A stretch of DNA of 61,072 bases from a virus (Duplodnaviria; Caudoviricetes): positions 1-61,072 of the IMG/VR virus record IMGVR_UViG_3300005831_000006; one strand, 5' to 3'. The notes under the pieces were generated by a model. That model was given only the letters and a program-made list of their open reading frames with translations. It was not told the origin of the DNA and made no database searches. Position 1 is the first letter of the stretch, and every line of letters begins with the position of its first letter. Made by a program: the position numbers and the translations under genes. Shown piece after piece: positions 1-9,219 of this stretch.

Positions 1-17
1 ATAACAAGGAAAATATA

Positions 18-449
18 ATGGTAAAATTATCAACAGATAGTGATCAAAATATAGAAGGGATAGAACTTGTATCGTGTAAAGTAGTTTTTACATTAAATCA
101 AAATATACCTGGAAAAACATCTCTATTTGACAAACACCCATCTTTAATCGGAGAAGAATCATTCTATTTTTATCATGGTAATAAAAAAAATCAAGTAAGA
201 TTTGATAATTATTTTGAAAAAGAATTTGTTAATCCAGATCACACTTATTGTATTTATAAATTTATAATTTATTTATATCATGGTGTAACTGAAATTATAA
301 TGAAAGCTACTAAACGTAGTGGTAATATTTCTGGATTTGTATTGTTTTTAGATTTAGATTTTATCACACCTGAAGATAACTTTATTCATATCATTTATGA
401 AACAAAAATATTTGAAAATCCTGGTGTTTATATATCTGCAAAAAAGTAA
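18..449 (+). CDS. hypothetical protein
   Basis: 143-aa ORF with AAGGA RBS immediately upstream; no recognisable motif. Confidence 0.6.
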   Translation: MVKLSTDSDQNIEGIELVSCKVVFTLNQNIPGKTSLFDKHPSLIGEESFYFYHGNKKNQVRFDNYFEKEFVNPDHTYCIYKFIIYLYHGVTEIIMKATKRSGNISGFVLFLDLDFITPEDNFIHIIYETKIFENPGVYISAKK

Positions 450-526
450 ATACAAGAGATATAAATATTAAATGAATATAGAGTATCTATATCATATTTA
501 TCAATTACTTTTATAAGGACTAAAAA

Positions 527-760
527 ATGATTAAAATAATATTAATAATAGTATCTTTAATTTCTATAATATTATATACCGATAGTTGTAAAGGTACTAT
601 TATTAATATATTTACCGTACCTTCATTACTATTTTTAGATTTACCAATCTTAATAATATTTTATATTATAGCGACATTTTCAGAAAAATCAGAATTAGAA
701 AGATTTAAATCAATGAAAAAAGATGAAGAAATTCTCAGAAAAAATGGAATAATAAAATGA
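527..760 (+). CDS. small membrane protein (two hydrophobic segments, basic C-tail)
   Basis: AAGGA RBS; two Ile/Leu-rich stretches; ATGA overlap with the next gene. Confidence 0.6.
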   Translation: MIKIILIIVSLISIILYTDSCKGTIINIFTVPSLLFLDLPILIIFYIIATFSEKSELERFKSMKKDEEILRKNGIIK

Positions 761-1059
761 ATAAAGAAGAACTTTTTCAAAAAGCAAGAGTTGGAGATGT
801 GAGTATTCTCACTCATCCAGATGTAAGTGTTATTAAAGATACATATGGTAATACACCAATACATATTCTCGCATACAAGGGTAAAGTAGAAGTACTTACT
901 CATAAAGATGCAAGTATTTCTAAAGATATTGGCGGTGATACAATATTACATATACTTGCAATATATAAGAAAAAAGAAATATTTGACCATAAGGATGTAA
1001 ATGTTGTAATAAATAATGATGATTTTACTCCTAAAGATATATACGATTTATGCGTTTGA
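757..1059 (+). CDS. short ankyrin-repeat-like protein
   Basis: ~28-aa repeats KDTYGNTPIHILA / KDIGGDTILHILA / NNDDFTPKDI matching the ankyrin D-x-x-G-x-T-P-L-H signature. Confidence 0.7.
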   Translation: MNKEELFQKARVGDVSILTHPDVSVIKDTYGNTPIHILAYKGKVEVLTHKDASISKDIGGDTILHILAIYKKKEIFDHKDVNVVINNDDFTPKDIYDLCV

Positions 1060-1089
1060 TAATGTAACAGATTTCAATTGACGAATAAA

Positions 1090-1122
1090 AAAGAGAGGGA
1101 TTTCTCCCTCTCTTTCTTTTTT
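1090..1122. terminator. bidirectional intrinsic terminator
   Basis: AAAGAGAGGGA-tttc-TCCCTCTCTTT hairpin flanked by A and T runs, between convergent genes. Confidence 0.8.
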
Positions 1123-1165
1123 CATACGATCAATATTCAAACCACATTCATAATTGATTACTCAA

Positions 1166-2995
1166 TTAGGGCTGCGGAAATGAAGTTTCGATAATATTTT
1201 TGTACAGCGAAGTCGGGTTGATCAGTGTGAGTTTTACACCCGCTAATGCGAGAATATCCCACGTATCATGTACCCAGAAGCTGATTGCATCGATTGCACT
1301 CTGACGACTATCACGGCTTTTGACGATACGCATGTCATAGGCATGATAGATACCGGAGGGCTGTACTTTCGGACTGTTACTGCGAAGGAAGCCATAAGTT
1401 GCACGGCCTTTCCAACGTTTATCGGACGAACCAATAAACTTTACACGCTGACCGAAATTGTCGGAATAAGCATAGGTTGCGATTTTCTTGAAACCGAAAC
1501 GTACTTCATTCGAATAATTCGACTCGGTGCTGTACTTGGTGTCGACAAAACGACGGATGTCAACCTGATAACCTACGAAAACCCATTCGCGATCGGATTC
1601 CTGTGTGAACTGAGTGTCACTTTCGGCAAGGATAAGGATGCTGCTAACAGTGTCCTTGATACCCTCTTCGATCCAGCTGAGTGGGCGTTCACCACCGTTA
1701 CCGCGCTGAGTCAGATCGATTGTTTCCTCAGCAGCAAAACCACCAAGTCGGCGATATGCGATATATTTGCTGAGAAGTGCTTCATTGGAAACGCATGCTT
1801 CGATGTTCTGAATCATGTGCCGTTCCATGTCGTTATCATTGATACCGGCAAGGATATTTGAGAATTCATTCGAAACGTATTTAACGATATCGGAAGACCC
1901 GGAATTTGCAGATACGAACTCATCCATAACTGTATCCATGGCAAGTCCGACAGACATGGTTTTACGAGGCGATGCAATCACGCGAGCGGTGATAACTTCA
2001 CGACCATGACGGATGCTTGAGGAAGCATTTGTAGGATTGAGGAATGGAATTTCGAACAATACGCCCTTAATACGATTTGTCATACATGCGGTAATACGAT
2101 ATTCACCGGTGTCACGATTGACATAAGCGGTAAAGAAATCACTTACAACCGTTGTATTATCTGCCAGTTTGAAAGAAAGCTCAACGCTGATGTGTCGAAT
2201 TGAAACAACATCGCCGCCGTAGCCTTTTACTTCTGAACGAGCAGAAACAACCACAGGAACGAGTTCGGAAGGGAGAGGAGCATTGGTTGTATCGATACGG
2301 GGATCAACCATGACTTCGGAAATCCGAATATCTTCGGCTAATGCCCAGTCGCGAATGTCTTTACCGGATTCGGTAATAACATTACCCTTAACACCAAGCT
2401 TTGCATACGATTTTCCACCAGCAACGAGAATACCGGTTTGTCCAGGAACAGCACCACCAGGAGTGAGATCCACATAATTTGGGTTCAGCATACCGGCAAT
2501 TGATCCATCACGAATTGCATTCGGGAGGAACTTACGGTCATTGATATCGGTTGAATCGGAGTCAATAGCATAGGCAATCTCGAACTGAATCGGGAATTCC
2601 CTGTCTTTATGATTAATGGCTTTATATACGTCAAGCATGATGCTTTTCGCATTGTAACCAAGAATGGTTGCCGGGATGAAGGCATCGAGAGCACCAAGGT
2701 TTGCACCAGGAGCAGTCGTATGATCGAACCCTTCTTCGGAGCGGAACAAAGAACTTGCTGCACCGTAGGTATGATGTTTCATTGAATTTGAGATCTGGTG
2801 TGTGATACGTTCACGTTCACTTTCCTCAGAAACATCGGCGAGAAGAAGGCTGAGATATGATTCGGTAGTGACACTATCACTAAAAATGCGACTCAGATTG
2901 ACGGAATTGAAAGGATCCAACCGAAATTCTGATTCGAATGATTGTGAGAGTTCGTCTATTCTGGCGTTAATCGGCTGATCAACAATTTTTGCCAT
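1166..2995 (-). CDS. major capsid protein precursor (jumbo phage)
   Basis: 609 aa; strong GGAGG RBS; markedly GC-richer, biased codon usage typical of the most highly expressed gene; clustered with prohead protease and an acidic scaffold-like gene; N-terminal region carries S-x-E motifs. Confidence 0.7.
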   Translation of the reverse strand: MAKIVDQPINARIDELSQSFESEFRLDPFNSVNLSRIFSDSVTTESYLSLLLADVSEESERERITHQISNSMKHHTYGAASSLFRSEEGFDHTTAPGANLGALDAFIPATILGYNAKSIMLDVYKAINHKDREFPIQFEIAYAIDSDSTDINDRKFLPNAIRDGSIAGMLNPNYVDLTPGGAVPGQTGILVAGGKSYAKLGVKGNVITESGKDIRDWALAEDIRISEVMVDPRIDTTNAPLPSELVPVVVSARSEVKGYGGDVVSIRHISVELSFKLADNTTVVSDFFTAYVNRDTGEYRITACMTNRIKGVLFEIPFLNPTNASSSIRHGREVITARVIASPRKTMSVGLAMDTVMDEFVSANSGSSDIVKYVSNEFSNILAGINDNDMERHMIQNIEACVSNEALLSKYIAYRRLGGFAAEETIDLTQRGNGGERPLSWIEEGIKDTVSSILILAESDTQFTQESDREWVFVGYQVDIRRFVDTKYSTESNYSNEVRFGFKKIATYAYSDNFGQRVKFIGSSDKRWKGRATYGFLRSNSPKVQPSGIYHAYDMRIVKSRDSRQSAIDAISFWVHDTWDILALAGVKLTLINPTSLYKNIIETSFPQP

Positions 2996-3004
2996 AGATT
3001 CCTC

Positions 3005-3556
3005 CTAAATGACATTCAAAATTTTATTATAAGTCTTGACGCAAGTTGTATACCTTAGCATAATAATCTTATAGTCCGAAACTCTATTGATTGAATTATT
3101 AGTAGCTAGAACAATATCAGCTAAACGAGCTAATTCATCGAGGGTGACAGGTTTTTTCTCGAACGAACTAGATTCATTGATATTATCCATACTATCTCTA
3201 ATCGACCAATATAGACTTACAAGCTTACTAGACAAAAGTATAAGGCGATTTTGGTCAAGATCTGGATCTTTAGATTCATCTTTGGAAGAAGTACCTAATT
3301 CACCATCTCCGCCATTACCATCGCCCATAGTATCCTCAGTGTCAGTAGTATCAGGTTCCATTGTAGACTCTTCATCAGATGGAGGTGTATCATCCTCAGG
3401 TGGCGTTGTGGTATTATCAATGTTGCCGCCCTCAGAATCATCATCCATTGGTGTTGAATCTTCAGCGGTATCTTTTACTATAGATCCGATAGATTCTAAT
3501 CCATTAATTTGTTCTTTATTTTTACCCAGTACTAGATAAATCCAGTCAGCATTCAT
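3005..3556 (-). CDS. acidic low-complexity head protein (scaffold/inner-head candidate)
   Basis: D/E/T-rich disordered N-half, helical C-half; directly upstream of the capsid gene; GAGGAG RBS. Confidence 0.5.
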   Translation of the reverse strand: MNADWIYLVLGKNKEQINGLESIGSIVKDTAEDSTPMDDDSEGGNIDNTTTPPEDDTPPSDEESTMEPDTTDTEDTMGDGNGGDGELGTSSKDESKDPDLDQNRLILLSSKLVSLYWSIRDSMDNINESSSFEKKPVTLDELARLADIVLATNNSINRVSDYKIIMLRYTTCVKTYNKILNVI

Positions 3557-3647
3557 AGATCTCCTCTCTATGATATAAAATTTAAAATCAGGAGTATATG
3601 AATTTAAATTAAAATAAAATACTACTCATTATTATATTACGAATTAA

Positions 3648-3669
3648 AAAGAAGGGTTTCCCCTTCTTT
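3648..3669. terminator. intrinsic terminator
   Basis: AAAGAAGGG-tttc-CCCTTCTTT hairpin just downstream of the 3680 ORF. Confidence 0.65.
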
Positions 3670-3679
3670 AATAATTCAG

Positions 3680-5512
3680 TCAATCTTCTCTACTTATAAG
3701 ATAGAGGTATTCATAATTTGTCAATCCGGTAATTATTTCCCGAAGACCTGTTGCGATATTTTCTCCAGTATCACCGTCAAGCATAGCTGAATTAAAATTA
3801 CCGTCTCGTAATATCTGAAACGGAGATCGGATAACTCTCTCACTATACTTTGTATCAATGACATTAAGTTTAATAAGTTTATTAAAATCAATACCAGGAG
3901 TTGAGTTAAGTGTTGACCTTATGAAACTGTAATCATAGGCTCCTACACTTACAATGTACGGCACTTTCATATACTGATTATCTCTTACAGCATCAATAAG
4001 ATTATCAAAACTTAAATCGTTAAAATCAATCTCATTAAGACGTTTGAAATATCCTGTTTCAAAAGGAGAACCGAACTTTTTAGAATACATAAATTCCATA
4101 GCTTCATAATATCTTGCTGTGATAGCATCGATAATATACGAAGCTCTCTCATACGCTTTCGTATATGGAACTTTCGTTATAGGAAGAACTTTCTTTACAG
4201 TTGAATCTCCGGGAGTTTCAACATCAACACACAATGGATCAACACCATCAATTAAAAATGGAGTCTTTGACAAATTCCAGTATTTATATACTGTATCGAT
4301 CAACTTCTCTACATATTTCAATTTAAACCATGATGTTACAAATTCTTTATCTGATGTCGGATTCATTACTTTGCCAGCCTCGATGACAGCTACTTTAGCA
4401 ATACGTTCATACGCATGAGCATCAAGAATTGCAGTATACTTTATCAGATTACTATAATCGAGATTATTTTCACCTTTGAGAAATTCAACCATTGGTGGAT
4501 TGTATGAATTATTACTACGCAGTAAATACCTTCTGTAATAGAATCTCCAATCATATGAATGATCGCCAACATACATCGGACTTGTAGGTTTGAGAACTTC
4601 TCTAAATAAGGCTACCATTCTGTCCTGTGTCGTATTCATTTTCGACAATGTGATAGTTTTCAAATCAGTATCAGGGGTTATATTATTACGTTTATCGTAA
4701 ACGATCCCAAATTCTTTACCGGCTGAACGTAATACAGATGAAAATTTATCATCAAAAGTTATACCGATTGATTTTTCAAGGTAAGATGTAAATGTATCTG
4801 ATATGAAACAAAGTTGTAAGATATTATACATTTTGTCTTCTGAGAACTTACAGTTCTTAGAAATAAAATCTATTACAGCTGTTCCAGTTATAGATAGATT
4901 ATCATCACCATATGCAAATAAATCATTTATCTGATCATTATCCAACGATTCCATAATTGCACCAAGTACAGTATAAATAATTGCTGTATTCATTGCACCG
5001 AGTATTTCAGCATGATTAAAACATTCGATACCTTTATCGAAATATGTTGAAAGACACATTAATGGATGCTGGGTAACAATTGTACTTTTATCTTTTGAAA
5101 ATTCATCGATCATTTTATTGAAATGAGAGTATGATAATTCATCAAACTCTTTTACAAGACCGATCGATGTACTAGCAACTTCCTCTTCGTAACTGTAACT
5201 ATTAAAACAGAGAGTAAAGAAAGGTTGAGAAATACACATCATCATCAATTTTCCAGTATTGAAAAATAACTTTGACAGATCTCTATTACTTATGAGTTTC
5301 TGTTCAGTCTTTCTCATGTATACTGGTATATCTGAAATCTTTTTAAGAATTTCTGATGAATAAGGTGAACCTTGGAAGAGTGTTGAATACTCATCATTAG
5401 TTCCAATTTTTTCCTCATCGATTGCATATCGGAGAAACATGAATGCTGAAAAAATATCCATAGGTTTTTCAAAATAACAAACCTCAGCTGGATTGATAAT
5501 ATTAGTTATCAT
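3680..5512 (-). CDS. hypothetical protein, probably virion-associated
   Basis: 610-aa ORF inside the head gene cluster; GGAG RBS; no motif recognised. Confidence 0.55.
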   Translation of the reverse strand: MITNIINPAEVCYFEKPMDIFSAFMFLRYAIDEEKIGTNDEYSTLFQGSPYSSEILKKISDIPVYMRKTEQKLISNRDLSKLFFNTGKLMMMCISQPFFTLCFNSYSYEEEVASTSIGLVKEFDELSYSHFNKMIDEFSKDKSTIVTQHPLMCLSTYFDKGIECFNHAEILGAMNTAIIYTVLGAIMESLDNDQINDLFAYGDDNLSITGTAVIDFISKNCKFSEDKMYNILQLCFISDTFTSYLEKSIGITFDDKFSSVLRSAGKEFGIVYDKRNNITPDTDLKTITLSKMNTTQDRMVALFREVLKPTSPMYVGDHSYDWRFYYRRYLLRSNNSYNPPMVEFLKGENNLDYSNLIKYTAILDAHAYERIAKVAVIEAGKVMNPTSDKEFVTSWFKLKYVEKLIDTVYKYWNLSKTPFLIDGVDPLCVDVETPGDSTVKKVLPITKVPYTKAYERASYIIDAITARYYEAMEFMYSKKFGSPFETGYFKRLNEIDFNDLSFDNLIDAVRDNQYMKVPYIVSVGAYDYSFIRSTLNSTPGIDFNKLIKLNVIDTKYSERVIRSPFQILRDGNFNSAMLDGDTGENIATGLREIITGLTNYEYLYLISRED

Positions 5513-5588
5513 AACTATTGTGCTCCATAGAGTATAAGTTTCAATAAATGTGGGGTATTTCTACCCCCTTAACGCAACGCACACTTTT

Positions 5589-6452
5589 TTATAGAATACT
5601 GCTTAATAACGCATGGTTCAATGGAAGATCGAGACGCAAACCTTCCTCCGATACAACCGTAAGTGTATTTTTATCGGTAATATTCATACTATCTTTCTCG
5701 AAATTGATTCCGAAAAGATCCGATGCTATGATCATACCTTCTTCTGACCTTGACATATCACGAATTTCATCGACTGGACGGTTGTATTCAATTTGAGTAT
5801 AACTCTCTGTACTTACTTTCGTTTTATTACCGGATGTTATTGTAACCTTATCGTTCTTGGTTATGTTAGCATAAGCTTCCGGATTCATAATACGAGCATT
5901 TGTAAGACCTGGTCGAGTTACACAGTCAAATGTAGTAACGTACATAAGATGTTTTTTGACAACATATTTGCCATTTTTATCCTCTTTTACAATGTGAGTC
6001 GGAGTATATGCTCGGATTGACATTGCTAAGTTTGAACCATGATTAAGAAGAAGATCTCTGTATGTTTCACCAAAAGGACCGCACCACTGTACAATTCCTT
6101 TAATATCGTTACCATCAGGCCAATATGAATCGATACGATGAGCCCAACGAGAGGGTTCAACTCTCATAAGACGTTTAAGAGGAAGTACTTCCTCTGTATC
6201 CGATGCAGGATGCTCAGCTTCACCCATAAGCGTTTTTTGCTCAAGTCTTTCGGAAAAGAAACTATGCTGCAAACTTGCAAGTACATCATCAAGAGGATAG
6301 AAAGTTCTATTTCTTGATAATATATCACAATTTATAAGAGTACATTTGAAAGTTTTACCATCATCAGATACTAATTCAGCATCTTTTATATGATTAAAAC
6401 TTTCCATAGTTACAATTATTGGCTGTGTTAAATCGACAATCTTATTTTTCAT
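5589..6452 (-). CDS. prohead core protease (T4 gp21 / phiKZ gp175-like)
   Basis: SRNRTFYP, GEAEHP (His motif), AMSIRA (Ser motif) and TTFDCVTRPG match prohead serine protease motifs. Confidence 0.85.
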   Translation of the reverse strand: MKNKIVDLTQPIIVTMESFNHIKDAELVSDDGKTFKCTLINCDILSRNRTFYPLDDVLASLQHSFFSERLEQKTLMGEAEHPASDTEEVLPLKRLMRVEPSRWAHRIDSYWPDGNDIKGIVQWCGPFGETYRDLLLNHGSNLAMSIRAYTPTHIVKEDKNGKYVVKKHLMYVTTFDCVTRPGLTNARIMNPEAYANITKNDKVTITSGNKTKVSTESYTQIEYNRPVDEIRDMSRSEEGMIIASDLFGINFEKDSMNITDKNTLTVVSEEGLRLDLPLNHALLSSIL

Positions 6453-6536
6453 AATGAAAACCTTCTTTAAACTGTTTTAAAATATATATTACATAGTGAT
6501 ATACGTCTATTTAATAATTTACATATAAGGAATAAT

Positions 6537-7358
6537 ATGAGAACAATTTTAAAAATACATCCAATAACATTGAAAATTTTAGATGTTTTCGAATCATTAT
6601 CGGATGCATATGAAATAACCGGTATTAGTTTTAGAAATATACAACAAGTATGCGCACATACAAGATACCAAGCTGGAGGGTATTTTTGGAGATATTATGA
6701 TGAATTTGTTTTTAATAATCATGTTAAAGGTTACTCATTAACAGATAACTTATTAAATAATAAATTTCAACACAATCCTTTAGATTTTACACTATACGGT
6801 TATTTAAATAACTACATCAATCCATCATTCTTGTTTGTACCTGGAGAATTATGGAAAGATGTTCCTGGTTATGAAGGATTATATCAGATAAGTAATCTCG
6901 GTAGATTAATTTCAATTAAATATAGTCCATTTATATTTCTAAAAAATCCAACTCCTGATAAGGATGGATATTTACAAATTGGCTTATATGATGGTAATAG
7001 GATTCGTAAAACCTATAGATTACACCGTATAGTAGGATTCACATGGATTTCTAATCCAAATAATTTACCAGTTATTAATCATAAGAACGAGATTAAAAGT
7101 GACAATCGTTCTATAAATTTAGAATGGTGTACTCAAAAATATAATGTAAATTATGGAACTGGTTTACTTAGACTTGGTAAAACTCTTGGAAAGTTAGTAG
7201 AACAAATTGATATTAATACCGGTAAAGTTATAAATGAGTTTTGGAGTATGAATGAAGCTGCAAGAGAGACGGGAATACAAATTGCCAATATTTCAGCAGT
7301 ATGTAGAGGTAAGTTACGACAAACCGGTGGATATATCTGGAGATTTAAAACTATCTAA
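6537..7358 (+). CDS. NUMOD4/HNH homing endonuclease with NUMOD1 DNA-binding domains
   Basis: WKDVPGYEGLYQISNLGR (NUMOD4), HRIV...INHKNEIKSDNRSINLEW (HNH), terminal S-x-x-EAARETG...ISAVCRG...GGYIW (NUMOD1); antisense to flanking head genes. Confidence 0.9.
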   Translation: MRTILKIHPITLKILDVFESLSDAYEITGISFRNIQQVCAHTRYQAGGYFWRYYDEFVFNNHVKGYSLTDNLLNNKFQHNPLDFTLYGYLNNYINPSFLFVPGELWKDVPGYEGLYQISNLGRLISIKYSPFIFLKNPTPDKDGYLQIGLYDGNRIRKTYRLHRIVGFTWISNPNNLPVINHKNEIKSDNRSINLEWCTQKYNVNYGTGLLRLGKTLGKLVEQIDINTGKVINEFWSMNEAARETGIQIANISAVCRGKLRQTGGYIWRFKTI

Positions 7359-7386
7359 AGACGGGTGATTAAAATTCACCCTTTTT

Positions 7387-8118
7387 TTAATAACCCGTAT
7401 TGTAATTAAAGATCTCTTCGAAACGATTTGGGTCCTTAAAGTAGTCGGCTTCCATAACTTCAAGTAAGTCATCACGCTTTGATTCATAGTCATTAAAACC
7501 GGCAATATAATCCTTTAACTCTATACCACCAAAACTTCCTCCATCAGACATAGTATAAAATTTATAATATAAAGCAATCTTACAATCAGCTTCATACAAT
7601 GATTTTACCATTTCGTGGTATCCAGTACTAATCTCTTCCAATTTCTTTACTCTATACATAGATATAGTAAAATCCATATGAGTTTTAGCAATTGGAGAGA
7701 TTACGACTATATTCGGAGCCTCAAATGCAGCTGTATACCGTACATCTACCATATTGGTAGCAGAAACAGCTTTCGAAATTAATGAATCGACTAAACCATT
7801 ATGACTATATACTCCGCCTCCGATATAGTTTCTCGGGTAATGGAAAGTTGATATACCTGTATAAGGGTATAAATTATCCATCATCGGTATTACATAACGG
7901 GTAGAATTATTATTTCTACCTAGAGAGTCAGAAGATAATACAGCCATACCTTGATTGACATTAATACCCTTTACTACAGATGGATAAAAACTACTTATAG
8001 CTGTAAGCGTCTCTTCCATCAAAACATCAATCCAAAATTCTGTATCGACAGCTTTAAATACTGGATCTGGTAGACGTTTTTTCATTCTACTTATCAACGT
8101 ATTTATTGTTAAAGACAT
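7387..8118 (-). CDS. virion structural protein (neck/head-completion candidate)
   Basis: 243 aa; late-type motif at 8150-8161; GGAGG RBS; GGIELKD-type C-terminal segment reminiscent of T4 gp13-like neck proteins. Confidence 0.45.
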   Translation of the reverse strand: MSLTINTLISRMKKRLPDPVFKAVDTEFWIDVLMEETLTAISSFYPSVVKGINVNQGMAVLSSDSLGRNNNSTRYVIPMMDNLYPYTGISTFHYPRNYIGGGVYSHNGLVDSLISKAVSATNMVDVRYTAAFEAPNIVVISPIAKTHMDFTISMYRVKKLEEISTGYHEMVKSLYEADCKIALYYKFYTMSDGGSFGGIELKDYIAGFNDYESKRDDLLEVMEADYFKDPNRFEEIFNYNTGY

Positions 8119-8149
8119 ATTTTTCCCTCCATGATGACATCATTTGTAT

Positions 8150-8188
8150 CATTATATTGTTCAAGTAAAAAAAGAAAACATATTATTA
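8150..8188. promoter_or_regulatory. divergent pair of AACA-N6-TR late-type promoter motifs
   Basis: minus strand AACA-ATATAA-TG (8161-8150); plus strand AACA-TATTAT-TA (8177-8188). Confidence 0.6.
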
Positions 8189-8240
8189 ATAGATAATAGA
8201 TCCCGTAATATAGTAGTAAGTCCTTATAAAAGGATGTATT

Positions 8241-8525
8241 ATGAGTATGAAAAATATAATATCAGAGATGTTAATCATCTTATCTGATAATATTATTAAT
8301 AAATACAATGATATGACTGGGAAACATTGTTACTTGATTTTGGATAATAATAAAACTTGTTTTTATGAAGATAAAGATGGAATTGAAATACTTATGGGGA
8401 TAATCTTTATAAATGAACATTGTTTGAATTCGTTCTGTGAGTATGGGGAAATATTGAAATATACAAACTTAAAAGATATAGCAAGATCATTTTATTTATT
8501 AAATATACTTAATACAATTAAATGA
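8241..8525 (+). CDS. hypothetical protein
   Basis: 94 aa, AAGGA RBS, hairpin downstream. Confidence 0.6.
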   Translation: MSMKNIISEMLIILSDNIINKYNDMTGKHCYLILDNNKTCFYEDKDGIEILMGIIFINEHCLNSFCEYGEILKYTNLKDIARSFYLLNILNTIK

Positions 8526-8691
8526 TGGGGTTAAAATCCCATTTTTATTTTGTATATTTATATGAATAGTTAAATGTAGCTTTAATAGTATAATTTAAAC
8601 GTATAATTAAATTATATATAATATTTTTGTAGCAGGAAGTAAATCAAAATTCATTAAATAATGTCTTTTTAAACCAAAGGAGAGATTTGTT

Positions 8692-9075
8692 ATGTCAAAG
8701 AGCAACAAGACCAAGACAATCACCTTCGAGAGTCAACTCGAACGAATGTCAGAAGAACACGGTATTCCAGTTCAGGATAGTTTGAACGTTTTTTCCGGAT
8801 ATAAGAAAGTAATGGAATCGATTATCACTGAGGAAGTCGGTAAAGATACTGCCGATTTTGAATTCTTTACACCACTCGGAATTCTTGGATTTAAGAAGGT
8901 TCCTGAGTCGGAGAGAATCAACACAGCAGATGGTACAAAATTCATTGCTCCGGAGCATTACAATACAAATTATGCATTCCCTGTCAGATTCATTGCTCTG
9001 GCGAATGTAAATGTTGATTTCAGTAAAGTCCCGACAATGTCCGATATCACGAAATCGAAATTGAAAGTAGCTTAA
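8692..9075 (+). CDS. HU/IHF-like histone-like DNA-binding protein
   Basis: helical N-half, TPLGILGFKKVPESERINTADGTKFIAPE resembling the HU beta-arm; AAGGAG RBS; biased codons; TATATAT motif at 8613. Confidence 0.65.
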   Translation: MSKSNKTKTITFESQLERMSEEHGIPVQDSLNVFSGYKKVMESIITEEVGKDTADFEFFTPLGILGFKKVPESERINTADGTKFIAPEHYNTNYAFPVRFIALANVNVDFSKVPTMSDITKSKLKVA

Positions 9076-9090
9076 TACTATCACCGGTTT

Positions 9091-9119
9091 AGAGTGGGGT
9101 AAAACCCACTCTTATTTTT
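9091..9119 (+). terminator. intrinsic terminator
   Basis: AGAGTGGG-gtaaaa-CCCACTCT followed by a T-rich tract. Confidence 0.75.
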
Positions 9120-9219
9120 ATTTTTATTTAATTGGAGTTTAACTCCTTCTTTTTATTAGTATTATAGAGAAAACAATTTAATACGATGGAAATTGTATAT
9201 TAAAAAGGATTATTGAATT

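Noticed and set aside
1268-1861. 197-aa plus-strand ORF and other ORFs antisense to the capsid gene
   Set aside because: Shadow frames expected from the strong codon bias of the capsid gene; no RBS or motifs
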